From Patescibacteria group bacterium (GTDB lineage Bacteria; Patescibacteriota; Minisyncoccia; UBA6257; 2-01-FULL-56-20): a stretch of DNA of 64,000 nucleotides. Of this stretch, positions 27,640-37,505 are shown piece after piece. The notes below the pieces were generated by a model. It was not told the DNA's origin. It worked only from the letters and a program-made list of their open reading frames with translations, and did no database searches. Position numbers and translations under genes: made by a program. Location: positions 3,931 to 67,930 of the forward strand of contig JANLHI010000022.1 in the NCBI GenBank assembly GCA_024654525.1. Direction: 5' to 3'. The stretch's first letter is position 1. Every line of letters starts with the position of its first letter.

Positions 27640-27868
27640 GAAAATCCTTTCAAGTTAAGGGTTAATTTAGTAAGGAACTGTTCTCTCCCCAAAAAAAATT
27701 CAGCCTCTTTCGGGAAGAGGCTGAATGTGAGTTGGTGTTGCGTTTTTTATCGAGACGCACAACCAACCTCTTCCCACAAGAGGTCATTGCGCTTCGACTT
27801 CGAAACAAATTGAAGATGTCTCACTGCCATAATATTCAAGAGTATACTCATCTTCGCAATAGTGTCAA
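27640..27868 (-). promoter_or_regulatory. Promoter (TTGACA-16-TATACT at 27868..27841) plus an about 190-nt structured leader ending in an intrinsic terminator (27723..27687) just upstream of the GNAT gene
   Basis: Hairpins at 27766..27784 and 27701..27723 share CCTCTT/AAGAGG arms and could form alternative pairings. No known riboswitch motif was recognized. Confidence 0.35.
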
Positions 27869-27917
27869 ATGAAATCGCCGCGCATAGTGTCATGCGCGGC
27901 GTTCGTACCCAACTTCA

Positions 27918-28256
27918 TTATTCCCGTTTTTTTATATTTCTTGATATTTTCACCTTCCGCTTCACAACTTCATACCATATATTTGAAGCAACTCCAAGAT
28001 ATCCGCTAAACTTTTTAAGTTTCACATCGTAATCTCTTCCGATATGTCGGCGGACAAGCACTCGAAGCTCTGCATCAATATCAACCTTAGCTTCTTCGCA
28101 AAGCGCCAACCAGTTCCAAAGAGACTTTTCACCTTCACCAAGGAGCCGATGGTTGGACTGGGTAAGTGTGAATGATTTCTGACCGGAACATATTTTTGCT
28201 TTCGCGGGAAATACTACTCCCAACTTAAGCTGTTCTCGTAATTGCCTTTTTGTCAT
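27918..28256 (-). CDS. Hypothetical 112-aa protein, the sole gene downstream of the SAM-I riboswitch
   Basis: ORF track. Followed by a 9-bp-stem hairpin at 27877..27900. Confidence 0.5.
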   Translation of the reverse strand: MTKRQLREQLKLGVVFPAKAKICSGQKSFTLTQSNHRLLGEGEKSLWNWLALCEEAKVDIDAELRVLVRRHIGRDYDVKLKKFSGYLGVASNIWYEVVKRKVKISRNIKKRE

Positions 28257-28287
28257 ATTTTTTCCTTTTCTCTTTTTGAATACCTTT

Positions 28288-28319
28288 CAAAGAACAAAAA
28301 CAACCGCCACACGCGGTTG
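28288..28319 (-). terminator. Riboswitch expression-platform terminator (CAACCGC-gugug-GCGGUUG followed by UUUUUGUUCUUU)
   Basis: Immediately 3' of the aptamer and 5' of the ATG at 28256. Confidence 0.75.
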
Positions 28320-28333
28320 ATCTGTTCTTAAAA

Positions 28334-28434
28334 CATCTCTCCCCGTGAAGGGCAGGTTCGCACGTTACCTGACGCAGGTACGTTGCGGGCGGATATCGGG
28401 CCAGTCCCTTGGCAATCCGCACTCTTGATGTGTA
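28334..28434 (-). ncRNA. SAM-I (S-box) riboswitch aptamer
   Basis: Minus-strand RNA reads ACACAUCAAGAG-UGCGGAUUGCCAAGGGACUGGCCCGAUAUCCGC-CCGCAAC..GAGAGAUGU. AUCAAGAG, GGGACUGGCCCGAU, GCAAC and the AGAUG P1 return match the S-box consensus. Promoter upstream and terminator downstream. Confidence 0.8.
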
Positions 28435-28449
28435 TTCGGTTGTAGATAT

Positions 28450-28477
28450 ACTATACTCTCCCCGAAACCGCTGTCAA
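28450..28477 (-). promoter_or_regulatory. Sigma70-like promoter (TTGACA-16-TATAGT) driving the riboswitch
   Basis: -35 at 28477..28472, -10 at 28455..28450. Confidence 0.55.
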
Positions 28478-28500
28478 ACCCTCAAACACTTTATCATTTT

Positions 28501-28534
28501 CTCATAGGACAATTCCATAGAATTGTCCTATGAG
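28501..28534. promoter_or_regulatory. Palindrome CTCATAGGACAATTC-CATA-GAATTGTCCTATGAG, a third copy of the ArsR-1 box family (core ACAATTCnATAGAATTGT)
   Basis: Shares half-sites and 4-nt spacing with the palindromes at 59467..59504 and 59815..59844. Confidence 0.5.
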
Positions 28535-28565
28535 AAAGCAAAACATATAATTACATCCCCCCTTC

Positions 28566-30224
28566 CTAATGCCCGAAAAATCCCCGTCCTTCTTTGTCGG
28601 GAATGAGATAGAGTGAAATTCCTTTTTGCTCGCAGAGTGCAATAGTTTCCTTATCGCGCACAGAGCCGCTTGTGGAAAATATCGCCCGCACTCCCGCATC
28701 AATCAGCACTCGTGGCGCATCGGGAAACGGAAAGAAACTGTCGCTATACGCAACCGCGCCGTTCGTGTCGTGTCCTCCGCGGCGCGCACGTTTGATCGCA
28801 AGCTCCGCCGCGCCCACCCTGTCCTGCTGTCCCACACCATCGCCGAGGAGCATTCCGTTTTTTACAATCGTGATTGTGTTGCTGTTTGAAGTAGAACCCA
28901 CTGCCCACGCAAACATCATATTGCGTTCCGCCACGACATCCGCCACAGGACCGTATTTTTTTATGGATTCGCTTTTCATATCCGGAACAAAAACATAATT
29001 TGGTTGCCGTAAAAATCCTCCACGCACATAACGAATTCTCGGATGTATATCGAGTAAACCGATTCCCACATGGGAAAGATTCTCGTTCGCCACAAAACGG
29101 CATTTGTCTTTTTTTCTGCGAAGAAGTTCAATCGCCGCCGCCTCGAACTCCGGCGCAACCACCGTATCGAGCAACCGCCGATTTCCCTCTTTCATGCCAA
29201 AATTTGCGAGTGTTTCCGCTTCCATAACACCCACAGGAAAATTCGTCATTACCACTCCTCCCATAATCGCGAGCGGATCTCCGGAAATCATATTTTCAAG
29301 AACTTTTTTAGAATCACTGCCATATGCCGCACCGCAAGGATTACCATGTTTTACCGCCACTGCTATTTTTGGCACTTCTCCAAAACCCTGTTCGAATCCC
29401 GCCACGATATGCGTCACGGTCTGGAGCAGACGATCCGTATCGCACCAATTGTTATAGCTCAACGGAGTTCCTTCTACGAGGGTGAAATTATCCAGTGAAA
29501 GCGGATCATTGGTATTATTCGTGTATAACGCCGCGGGTTTTTGCCACGCATTCTCGCCGTACAAACACTCTGCCGCGCGATGCCCGAGTACTCCCGCATA
29601 CGCACCGCCTCCGTGATACGACGCAGACATAAGGCAATACTGCGCGACCGTAAATTCCGCTTTCGCCGCCAACTCCCGCACAAGTCCTTCATCCTCATAC
29701 TTATTTTTTCTGAGCCATTCTATAACCTTCATCCGATCCGCAGGGTCGGAAACCACAATCCTCCCTCCCTTCGCCGCCGAACGAAGCATGGCAGGCCCGC
29801 CTATATCCGTCATCTCTACAATCGATTCTCGAGTAGCGTTCGGTTTTGCAATTTCTTCTTCAAGCGGATATAAGTCCACACACACAAGATCAATAAAAAT
29901 AATCCCACGCTTTTCGAGTTCTGCACGATCCTCCGGCATGTCGCGCGCAAGAAGTCCCGCATGTACTTCACGTGAAAGCGTTACTACGCGATGTCCCAAA
30001 ATCGGCTCTCCCACAAGGAACGCCGCATCACGCACTTTGATACCCGCATCCGTAAGATGCTTCGCCGTGCCACCCGATGCAAGAATATCCCACCCAAGCT
30101 TTTGAAGTTCCCCCGCAAACTCTGCAATACCTTCTTTGTGGTATACGGAAATGAGCGCGGTTTTTTTTCTTACGTCCATAGTAAATAATGTTTTAACCTT
30201 TAAACTTCGCAAGTTTTGCCGCAA
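28566..30224 (-). CDS. purH: Bifunctional AICAR transformylase / IMP cyclohydrolase
   Basis: ALISVYHKEGIAEFAGEL N-terminus. About 530 aa. Likely start MDVRKK at 30179. Confidence 0.9.
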   Translation of the reverse strand: MRQNLRSLKVKTLFTMDVRKKTALISVYHKEGIAEFAGELQKLGWDILASGGTAKHLTDAGIKVRDAAFLVGEPILGHRVVTLSREVHAGLLARDMPEDRAELEKRGIIFIDLVCVDLYPLEEEIAKPNATRESIVEMTDIGGPAMLRSAAKGGRIVVSDPADRMKVIEWLRKNKYEDEGLVRELAAKAEFTVAQYCLMSASYHGGGAYAGVLGHRAAECLYGENAWQKPAALYTNNTNDPLSLDNFTLVEGTPLSYNNWCDTDRLLQTVTHIVAGFEQGFGEVPKIAVAVKHGNPCGAAYGSDSKKVLENMISGDPLAIMGGVVMTNFPVGVMEAETLANFGMKEGNRRLLDTVVAPEFEAAAIELLRRKKDKCRFVANENLSHVGIGLLDIHPRIRYVRGGFLRQPNYVFVPDMKSESIKKYGPVADVVAERNMMFAWAVGSTSNSNTITIVKNGMLLGDGVGQQDRVGAAELAIKRARRGGHDTNGAVAYSDSFFPFPDAPRVLIDAGVRAIFSTSGSVRDKETIALCEQKGISLYLIPDKEGRGFFGH

Positions 30225-31587
30225 GCCCGATGTATGTTTTCGGTATAAATTTCTTCAACTCTTTTTTCAACTTCTGAGAAATATCGAGTTCATCGATAAA
30301 TCCGCGGATATCGTTAATCGTCACTTCCTTCCCGCGCGCAAGAGTTTTAAGTCTCTCATATGGCATCGGCACATTCTCGCGCCGCAAAATTGTCTGAATT
30401 GCTTCGGTGATGACTTCCGGATGACGCTCTAGTTCCGCAACGGCTTTTTCTTTGTGTACTGCGATGCGTCCAAGCTGATTAATAAGATATGCGAAGCCGA
30501 TGAGTGAATGACCAAACGCCACGCCAATAGTACGCATCACGGTGGAATCGGAAAGATCGCGTTGCAAACGGGAAATAGGAAGTTTCTGAGAAAAAAATCC
30601 AAGCATTGCATTCGCCATTCCAAAGTTCCCCTCGCTATTCTCCAAAAACCAGGGGTTTATTTTGTGGGGCATTGTGGAAGAACCCACCTCTCCCTCAACA
30701 GATTTTTGCGCAATCCATCCATCGCTTATATATCGCCACACATCCTGATTAAATCCTATGAGAATTGAATGAATCCTCTGCATATTCTGAAAAAGTTCTA
30801 CAAAACTGTCACGTGACTCAATTTGAGTAGTAAAAATGTTGGCTTCGATTTTTACCTTTCTTGTGTTCTTTAATGTTGCAATGAATTTCTTCGAAAACGT
30901 GATCCAATCTTTTTTTGGGTACGCCGCCACAAGCGCATTATAGTTCCCTGTCGCCCCATTGAGTTTTGCAAAAAGCGTATGATTCTTGATTTGTGCAAGT
31001 TGCTGCCGAAGCCTCATTTCGAACACTTTGAATTCTTTTCCAAACGTAGTGGGTGACGCCGGCTGCCCGTGCGTTCGAGCAAGCATGGGAACACTTGCAT
31101 TTCCTTTCGCAAAAGCTCCGATTTTTGCAATTACTGCTTCTACCGCAGGAATATATACCTCTTGAACACTTTCTCCAATCATAAGCGCATATGCAATATC
31201 CGATGCATCATATGAAGTAAGTCCGAAATGCACCCATTCTGCGCAATCTTTGAGCGACGTCTTCTGAAGTTTGTCCTTGATGAAATATTCAATCGCTTTG
31301 AAATCATGATTTGTGGGTTTGATTTTTTTATATCCCACAAACTCAATATCCTTGATAATCTTTGCATCCGCTTCTGTGAAATCATAAAGGCTCCGTATAA
31401 CCTTCTTCTCTTTTTTAGAAAACGCACGAAGCTTTGTAGCACGGGATTCGCTCAAAGCAATAAGGTATTCGCCTTCCATAATAATTTTATATTTCATGGA
31501 CGCGGCTTCACTGAAATACGCCGCAAGCGGTTCCGTATATTTTCTATAACGCCCATCAATCGGGCTGATTGCGTCAAGAGGATCCAT
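30193..31587 (-). CDS. purB: Adenylosuccinate lyase
   Basis: GSSTMPHKINP signature. 464 aa. Confidence 0.9.
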   Translation of the reverse strand: MDPLDAISPIDGRYRKYTEPLAAYFSEAASMKYKIIMEGEYLIALSESRATKLRAFSKKEKKVIRSLYDFTEADAKIIKDIEFVGYKKIKPTNHDFKAIEYFIKDKLQKTSLKDCAEWVHFGLTSYDASDIAYALMIGESVQEVYIPAVEAVIAKIGAFAKGNASVPMLARTHGQPASPTTFGKEFKVFEMRLRQQLAQIKNHTLFAKLNGATGNYNALVAAYPKKDWITFSKKFIATLKNTRKVKIEANIFTTQIESRDSFVELFQNMQRIHSILIGFNQDVWRYISDGWIAQKSVEGEVGSSTMPHKINPWFLENSEGNFGMANAMLGFFSQKLPISRLQRDLSDSTVMRTIGVAFGHSLIGFAYLINQLGRIAVHKEKAVAELERHPEVITEAIQTILRRENVPMPYERLKTLARGKEVTINDIRGFIDELDISQKLKKELKKFIPKTYIGLAAKLAKFKG

Positions 31588-31632
31588 TGTTGTAAGTTGC
31601 AGGTTATTTTTTATTGGTCATAGGTCAGTTTT

Positions 31633-33213
31633 CTACATATACCGTATTGTCCCCGGCGGTTTTTGCGTGATGTCATAAAGCACGCGTGTCACACCTTGAA
31701 CCTCATTTACAATACGATTTGCCACATGTCCCAAAAATTCCGGCGTGAAGGGATACCAGTCCGCAGTCATAAAATCAGTTGTGGTGATTGCGCGGAGAAG
31801 AATCATATAGCCATACTCCCGCTCATCCCCCTTCACCCCCACTGCGCGGCTTGTGTCGAGCGCCGCAAACGCCTCAGTCACTTTTCGATACAAATTCGCA
31901 GATTGTATCTCTTCTATGAAAATTTTGTCTGCGTCTCGGAGAATTTGAAGCCGTTCATCCGTGACTTCTCCCAAAATGCCAATAGCGAGTCCCGGTCCGG
32001 GAAACGGATGACGCCACACAATATCTTTCGGAACGCCAAGTTCTTTTCCGATTGCACGGACTTCATCTTTAAAAAGTTCTTTAAATGGCTCAATCACGCG
32101 ATTTTCTTTAATAAGTGCAAGTACTTCCGGCACACGGTTGTGATGTGTTTTTATCGTATCAGACGGACCACGCACGCTTACGCTCTCGATCACATCAGGA
32201 TACAGCGTCCCCTGACTTAACATATCCTTGGGAGACACATTGCGCATCAAGAAATCAATAAACTTTTTACCTATTATTTTTCTTTTCGTTTCAGGGTCAA
32301 CCACCCCATACAATGCCTTTATAAAATCCCGCGATGCATCGATACACGTTACACGAAGCCCAAGGTCTTTTAGATTTACACGTACCTGCGCTGCTTCGTC
32401 TCGACGGAGAAATCCATTGTCGATAAAAATATTTTTAGTCTGGCGCGCCGGAAGCGCTTTCTTTAAAAGCACGGCAAGCACCGTCGAATCCACGCCCCCG
32501 GAAATCGCATGCACCACTGATCGCGCTCCCACCGTTGCACGAATATCTCGAATGGTGTTGGTAATAAAATGTTTTGTCGTCCATTGCGCACGCGCACCAC
32601 AAATACTTTTCGAAAAATTCTCCAAAATCTTTGTACCATATTCGGTGTGCCACACTTCGGGATGAAATTGTACGCCATATATGCCGCGCGCGGTATCCGC
32701 AATCGCCGCAAAAGGAGAATGTGCGGACGATGCAAGTATCGAAAATCCTTTAGGAATTTTCTGTGCCGCATCACCATGACTCATCCATACTGTTTGTTTT
32801 GCGGGAGTTCCCTCAAACAATCCTCCGCGCCAACTTTTCATTGAAAGCAATGCTTTTCCGTATTCCCGATGCATCCCTCGCTCCACACTACCACCACGCA
32901 TATGCACAATCGATTGCAATCCATAACAAATTCCCAATATGGGTTTCCCTATATTTAAAATATCCCCGCTGATATGGGGAGCATTTTTTGCATATACGCT
33001 TGCGGGACCTCCTGAAAAAATAAACCCCTTTACCGACTCTCCGGTAAACTGGGATATATCCGCATGATACGGGACAATCTCCGCATGTACGTGCTTTGCG
33101 CGAATACGCCGTGCGATAAGTTGCGTTACTTGAGATCCAAAATCAAAGATAATAATGGTGTCGAGCGGTCGAGTCATTGAAAAACTTTGAGTAGTATTAT
33201 TTCCTACACCCAA
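31633..33213 (-). CDS. guaA: GMP synthase (glutamine-hydrolysing)
   Basis: GATase domain (GICYGLQ), ATP-PPase SGGVDSTV, C-terminal GTIRYM-type end. Confidence 0.9.
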   Translation of the reverse strand: MGVGNNTTQSFSMTRPLDTIIIFDFGSQVTQLIARRIRAKHVHAEIVPYHADISQFTGESVKGFIFSGGPASVYAKNAPHISGDILNIGKPILGICYGLQSIVHMRGGSVERGMHREYGKALLSMKSWRGGLFEGTPAKQTVWMSHGDAAQKIPKGFSILASSAHSPFAAIADTARGIYGVQFHPEVWHTEYGTKILENFSKSICGARAQWTTKHFITNTIRDIRATVGARSVVHAISGGVDSTVLAVLLKKALPARQTKNIFIDNGFLRRDEAAQVRVNLKDLGLRVTCIDASRDFIKALYGVVDPETKRKIIGKKFIDFLMRNVSPKDMLSQGTLYPDVIESVSVRGPSDTIKTHHNRVPEVLALIKENRVIEPFKELFKDEVRAIGKELGVPKDIVWRHPFPGPGLAIGILGEVTDERLQILRDADKIFIEEIQSANLYRKVTEAFAALDTSRAVGVKGDEREYGYMILLRAITTTDFMTADWYPFTPEFLGHVANRIVNEVQGVTRVLYDITQKPPGTIRYM

Positions 33214-34670
33214 TAATTAGGCGATTGTTCGGTAATGGAAACATTGTGAGGATGGCTCTCCGTTACTCCCGCGGAAGTCACCTGAACAAACCGGGCTTTC
33301 TCCCTGAATTCTTCGATATTTTTTGCACCACAATATCCCATTGCGGCACGCAACCCTCCCGCGATTTGATGTGCGGCTTCACGAAGGTATCCGCGATATG
33401 AAACTCTTCCCTCTATACCTTCCGGTATTAATTTGGAAATCTCTTCTTCGGGATCTTGGAAATAACGGTCGCGTGTCCCTTCGGACATCGCACCGAGAGA
33501 ACCCATACCGCGATATGATTTGTATTTTCTTCCCTCGTACAACACCGTTTTTCCCGGAGATTCTTCGAGTCCCGCGAGCATATTACCAAGCATCACGCTA
33601 TGTGCACCCGCACCGATGGCTTTTGCAATATCACCGGTAAATCGTATTCCTCCGTCTGCAATTACCGGAATACCATGCTTCTCACATACCTCCACGCATT
33701 GCATCACCGCAGTAAGTTGAGGCACTCCAACTCCCGCCACCACGCGCGTGGTGCATATCGAGCCCGGTCCCACTCCTACTTTAACCGCATTTACTCCCGC
33801 CTTAATTGAGGCCTCTGCCGCTTCCGGGGTTACAAGGTTCCCACTGATAATTTGCAAATCAGGAAATGCGTTTCTTACTTCGCGAACCCTATCAAGCACC
33901 TTTTGCGAATGTCCGTGCGCGGTATCCGTTACAATCACATCCACTCCTTTTTTTACAAGCGCCTCAACTCTTGAAAGCGTGTCTGCGGAAATCCCCACCG
34001 CGGCGCCCACGCGCAATCTTCCTTGTTCATCTTTACACGCATTTGGGAAACTCTTCCTTTTTTCTATATCTCTAAACGTCGCGAGTCCCTTGAGTGCAAA
34101 GTTTTCATCCACAATAAGCAACTTCTCTATTTTATTATGTTGGAGGATTTCTTGCGCCTTCTCAAGACTTGTACCCAAAGGTGCCGTTATCAAATTTTCC
34201 TTCGTCATCACTTCAGAAAGTTTCGTGGTAGGGCTCGAAGTAAGACGTAAGTCGCGGTTTGTGACGATTCCTAAAAGTTTCATGTTATCCCCCACGATCG
34301 GAATCCCGCTTATCCGATATTTTTTAGTGAGCTCAACTGCATCTTTCACTGTGTTTTCAGGGCGAAGCGTAAATGGCTCAAGAATAATTCCGGACTCTGA
34401 ACGCTTCACACTGTCTACCATTTCCTCCTGTCTTTCGATTGAGAGATTTTTATGGAGAATGCCAATTCCTCCTTCGCGCGCGAGCGCAATCGCCATCTCC
34501 GACTCGGTAATCGTATCCATCGCGGCGCTTATCGCCGGAAGATTAAGCGTAATGCGTTCGGTAAGCTTTGTCGTAAGATCTACATCACGGGGGGATACTT
34601 CCGAATGCCCGGGAACAAGGAGTACGTCGTCGTAGGTAAGTGCGGTTCCAATAATTTTTTTATTATTCAT
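33204..34670 (-). CDS. guaB: IMP dehydrogenase
   Basis: GVGPGSICTTR catalytic loop, CBS pair. 488 aa. Confidence 0.9.
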   Translation of the reverse strand: MNNKKIIGTALTYDDVLLVPGHSEVSPRDVDLTTKLTERITLNLPAISAAMDTITESEMAIALAREGGIGILHKNLSIERQEEMVDSVKRSESGIILEPFTLRPENTVKDAVELTKKYRISGIPIVGDNMKLLGIVTNRDLRLTSSPTTKLSEVMTKENLITAPLGTSLEKAQEILQHNKIEKLLIVDENFALKGLATFRDIEKRKSFPNACKDEQGRLRVGAAVGISADTLSRVEALVKKGVDVIVTDTAHGHSQKVLDRVREVRNAFPDLQIISGNLVTPEAAEASIKAGVNAVKVGVGPGSICTTRVVAGVGVPQLTAVMQCVEVCEKHGIPVIADGGIRFTGDIAKAIGAGAHSVMLGNMLAGLEESPGKTVLYEGRKYKSYRGMGSLGAMSEGTRDRYFQDPEEEISKLIPEGIEGRVSYRGYLREAAHQIAGGLRAAMGYCGAKNIEEFREKARFVQVTSAGVTESHPHNVSITEQSPNYWV

Positions 34671-34691
34671 GGGTAGTTATTCTTTCTCGCA

Positions 34692-35672
34692 TTACGATAA
34701 TGAAACGCTTCTTGAATATTTTTTGAGATTGTTGCGTATTCTCTCTTTAATAGGCAAGGAAAAATCAACCGCACACGTTGCGCCGGTAAGTTGTTCGTAA
34801 ATCCTCATATACCGATGCGCAAGTTCCACCACCTTGTCTTTTGGAGCTTCGGGCAATGTGTTGTCGCCATATGGATCCGAATTCTCCTTAAACCATAAAC
34901 GAAGAAACTCTTTATCGAAATACTCGGGCTCTTCCCCTTTTGAAAATCGCTCATCATAGCTCCCTAATTGCCAATACCGCGAAGAATCGGGGGTGTGGAT
35001 TTCATCAATAAGTGTCACCTGTCCTCTTTCATCAACCCCAAATTCATACTTTGTATCCACAAGAATCAATCCGCGCTCACGAGAAACCTCGGTACCATGA
35101 ATAAAAAGCGCAAGTGCCGCCCGCTCGATTTCCCTCCAACGATCTTCCGGCACGATACCGCGCTCTATAATTTGTTGCGGTGTTATCGCCTCGTCATGCA
35201 CATCGGATTTTATAGTCGGCGTAATAACCGGAGCATCAAGCTTTTGATTCTTCTTTAACCCTTCGGGAAGCGTGAAACTGCCAAAATCACGTTCACCCGC
35301 TTGGTACTTCGTCCATAACGATGTACTCGTGACACCGGTAATATATCCGCGTACCACGACTTCAATCGGCACCACTTCATATTTTCTTACTACAATAACG
35401 TTCGGGTCCGGCGTGTCTATCATATGATTCGCGATAATGCCTTTTGTTTTCTCAAACCAAAAAGAGGCGATCGCTACGAGCGATTGCCCCTTGAACGGTA
35501 TGAGCGCAAGATTTCTATCAAACGCGGAATACCGATCGGTGGTAATAATAATCAATGTATCCCCCTGATCATAAATATCGCGTACCTTACCCGCACGTCG
35601 CACACCAAGTTCTGAAAAATCCGTACTCTCAATCACATAGTCCGCATGCGCGGTGATTGTATCGTAGTCCAT
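34692..35672 (-). CDS. purC: SAICAR synthetase (long form)
   Basis: GKVRDIYD..LIIITTDRYSAFD. 326 aa. Confidence 0.85.
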   Translation of the reverse strand: MDYDTITAHADYVIESTDFSELGVRRAGKVRDIYDQGDTLIIITTDRYSAFDRNLALIPFKGQSLVAIASFWFEKTKGIIANHMIDTPDPNVIVVRKYEVVPIEVVVRGYITGVTSTSLWTKYQAGERDFGSFTLPEGLKKNQKLDAPVITPTIKSDVHDEAITPQQIIERGIVPEDRWREIERAALALFIHGTEVSRERGLILVDTKYEFGVDERGQVTLIDEIHTPDSSRYWQLGSYDERFSKGEEPEYFDKEFLRLWFKENSDPYGDNTLPEAPKDKVVELAHRYMRIYEQLTGATCAVDFSLPIKERIRNNLKKYSRSVSLS

Positions 35673-35724
35673 GCCTTATTATACACCCTTCTCATTACTG
35701 TCAAACATAGAGTATTATTACTGT

Positions 35725-36720
35725 ATGAACATCCAAAAACTTGAAGCCACTGCACGGCAAATGGTAGCGCCGGGAAAAGGCATTCTCGCGACCGACGAAA
35801 GCTCAAAAACGGCAAACAAACGACTTGCCATGCGAAACATTCCGCAAACGGAAGACATGCGCCGCGCATGGCGGGAAATACTCTTTACTGCGCCGGGCAT
35901 CGAAAATAACTCAAGCGGCGTCATTCTTCTTGATGAAACTATCCGCCAAAACACGAAAGACGGGATACCATTCCGTGAGCTCCTCTCAAAACGCGGTATC
36001 ATCCCGGGTATTAAAGTAGACAAAGGATTAGCAAACCTCCCTAACTTCCCCGGAGAAAAAATTACCGAAGGATTGGATGGTCTGTCCGCACGCCTCGAAG
36101 AATATGCAACGCTCGGAGCACAATTCTCCAAGTGGCGTTCAGTCATAAGTATCGGACAAGGACTCCCCACTACCCCTTGTCTTGAGGCGAATGCATTTAT
36201 CCTCGCACAATACGCCGCGCGTTCGCAATCCGCGGGACTTGTTCCCATCATCGAACCAGAAGTGTTGATTGAGGGCACGCACACGCTTATACAATCCGAA
36301 GTGACTATACGTCACGCACTCGAAATTGTATTCTCGGCAATCGCAAAATATCGCATATATCTCCCGGGACTTATTCTCAAAACCAGCATGGCGCTCCCCG
36401 GTAAACAATCCGGTATCAAATCCACACCCGTGGAAGTCGCGGAATCCACACTTCGCGCGCTCACCACCACAGTTCCAAAAGAAATTGCGGGAGTGGTGTT
36501 TCTCTCCGGGGGCCAAACACCGCAGGAAGCAACAGAAAATCTGAATGCAATGGCAAATATACCCCACCCGTGGCCGCTCACTTTCTCCTACTCGCGCGCG
36601 TTCCAAGATCCGGCAATGGATATTTGGATGGGACAAGACGCAAATATACAAAAAGCACAAGAAACTTTCGCCGTACGCGTGAGCGAAACCGCACTTGCCT
36701 CCGAGGGAAAATATAAATAG
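35725..36720 (+). CDS. fba: Fructose-bisphosphate aldolase, class I
   Basis: GKGILATDES..TANKRL. Start chosen at MNIQKLE. The ORF track start is at 35671. Confidence 0.8.
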   Translation: MNIQKLEATARQMVAPGKGILATDESSKTANKRLAMRNIPQTEDMRRAWREILFTAPGIENNSSGVILLDETIRQNTKDGIPFRELLSKRGIIPGIKVDKGLANLPNFPGEKITEGLDGLSARLEEYATLGAQFSKWRSVISIGQGLPTTPCLEANAFILAQYAARSQSAGLVPIIEPEVLIEGTHTLIQSEVTIRHALEIVFSAIAKYRIYLPGLILKTSMALPGKQSGIKSTPVEVAESTLRALTTTVPKEIAGVVFLSGGQTPQEATENLNAMANIPHPWPLTFSYSRAFQDPAMDIWMGQDANIQKAQETFAVRVSETALASEGKYK

Positions 36721-36728
36721 CCAAAGCT

Positions 36729-37493
36729 ATGATTGATGTTGCAATCGAAGCCGCAAAAAAAGGCGGTGAAGTACTCCTTCGTTACTTCGAAACCGAACTG
36801 GCGCATGAAGTGAAAGACGATGCAACATTTGTAACCAAAGCGGACTGCGAATCGGAAGCGGCAATTCTCGGAATTCTTCAACCCCGCTTTCCCGACCACT
36901 CTTTTCTCGCGGAAGAAACCGGGGAATCCAAAAAAGATTCTCCGTATAAGTGGATAATCGACCCCTTGGACGGTACCGCAAATTTTATTAACGGCTTGCC
37001 CCTGTGGGCAATCTCCATTGCACTCTTAAAAAACAACGAAGTAATCGGTGCGGTAGTATATAACCCTCTTATCAACTTTCTTGTTCATGCGGAACGCGGA
37101 AATGGATTGTGGTGCAACGGCATGCACACGCATGTCTCATCTCAAAATAAGGATACCGCGATGATAAGCGCGGGAGTGGGAAAGGAAAAAGGCACCAAAG
37201 AAAAACTTTCCGCGCTGTTACGCGAGGCCCCCAAGCACATAAAAACATATCGCTATATCGGCACTGCGGCGCTTGAGCTTGCAACGCTTGCCCGGGGAGG
37301 AACCGAGGGATATATCAGTTTGGGAAACTCACCCTGGGATTATGCGGCGGGAACACTACTCGTGCAGGAAGGCGGCGGCACCATTACCGATTTTCACGGA
37401 AATCCGTGGAGCTTTGAAGAGAATTATTTTGTAGCCTCAAACGGTACAACTCACCACGATATTCTGGAACTGATAAAGTCAGCGGGAATGTAA
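36729..37493 (+). CDS. Inositol monophosphatase / FBPase family (SuhB-like)
   Basis: DPLDGTANFINGLPLWAISIAL. Confidence 0.8.
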   Translation: MIDVAIEAAKKGGEVLLRYFETELAHEVKDDATFVTKADCESEAAILGILQPRFPDHSFLAEETGESKKDSPYKWIIDPLDGTANFINGLPLWAISIALLKNNEVIGAVVYNPLINFLVHAERGNGLWCNGMHTHVSSQNKDTAMISAGVGKEKGTKEKLSALLREAPKHIKTYRYIGTAALELATLARGGTEGYISLGNSPWDYAAGTLLVQEGGGTITDFHGNPWSFEENYFVASNGTTHHDILELIKSAGM

Positions 37494-37505
37494 CCGCCTA
37501 CCCCT

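Noticed and set aside
28334-28434. ZTP (pfl) riboswitch considered for this leader, because of GACUGGC and the purine context
   Set aside because: It lacks the pfl 3' pseudoknot element. It matches the SAM-I core much better (AUCAAGAG, GGGACUGGCCCGAU, GCAAC).
33748-34635. 295-aa plus-strand ORF antisense to guaB. Similar antisense ORFs lie in purF (60405..60986), purL (63018..63815), fba (35718..36284) and the P-type ATPase (22224..22664).
   Set aside because: Each is antisense to a strongly supported gene.
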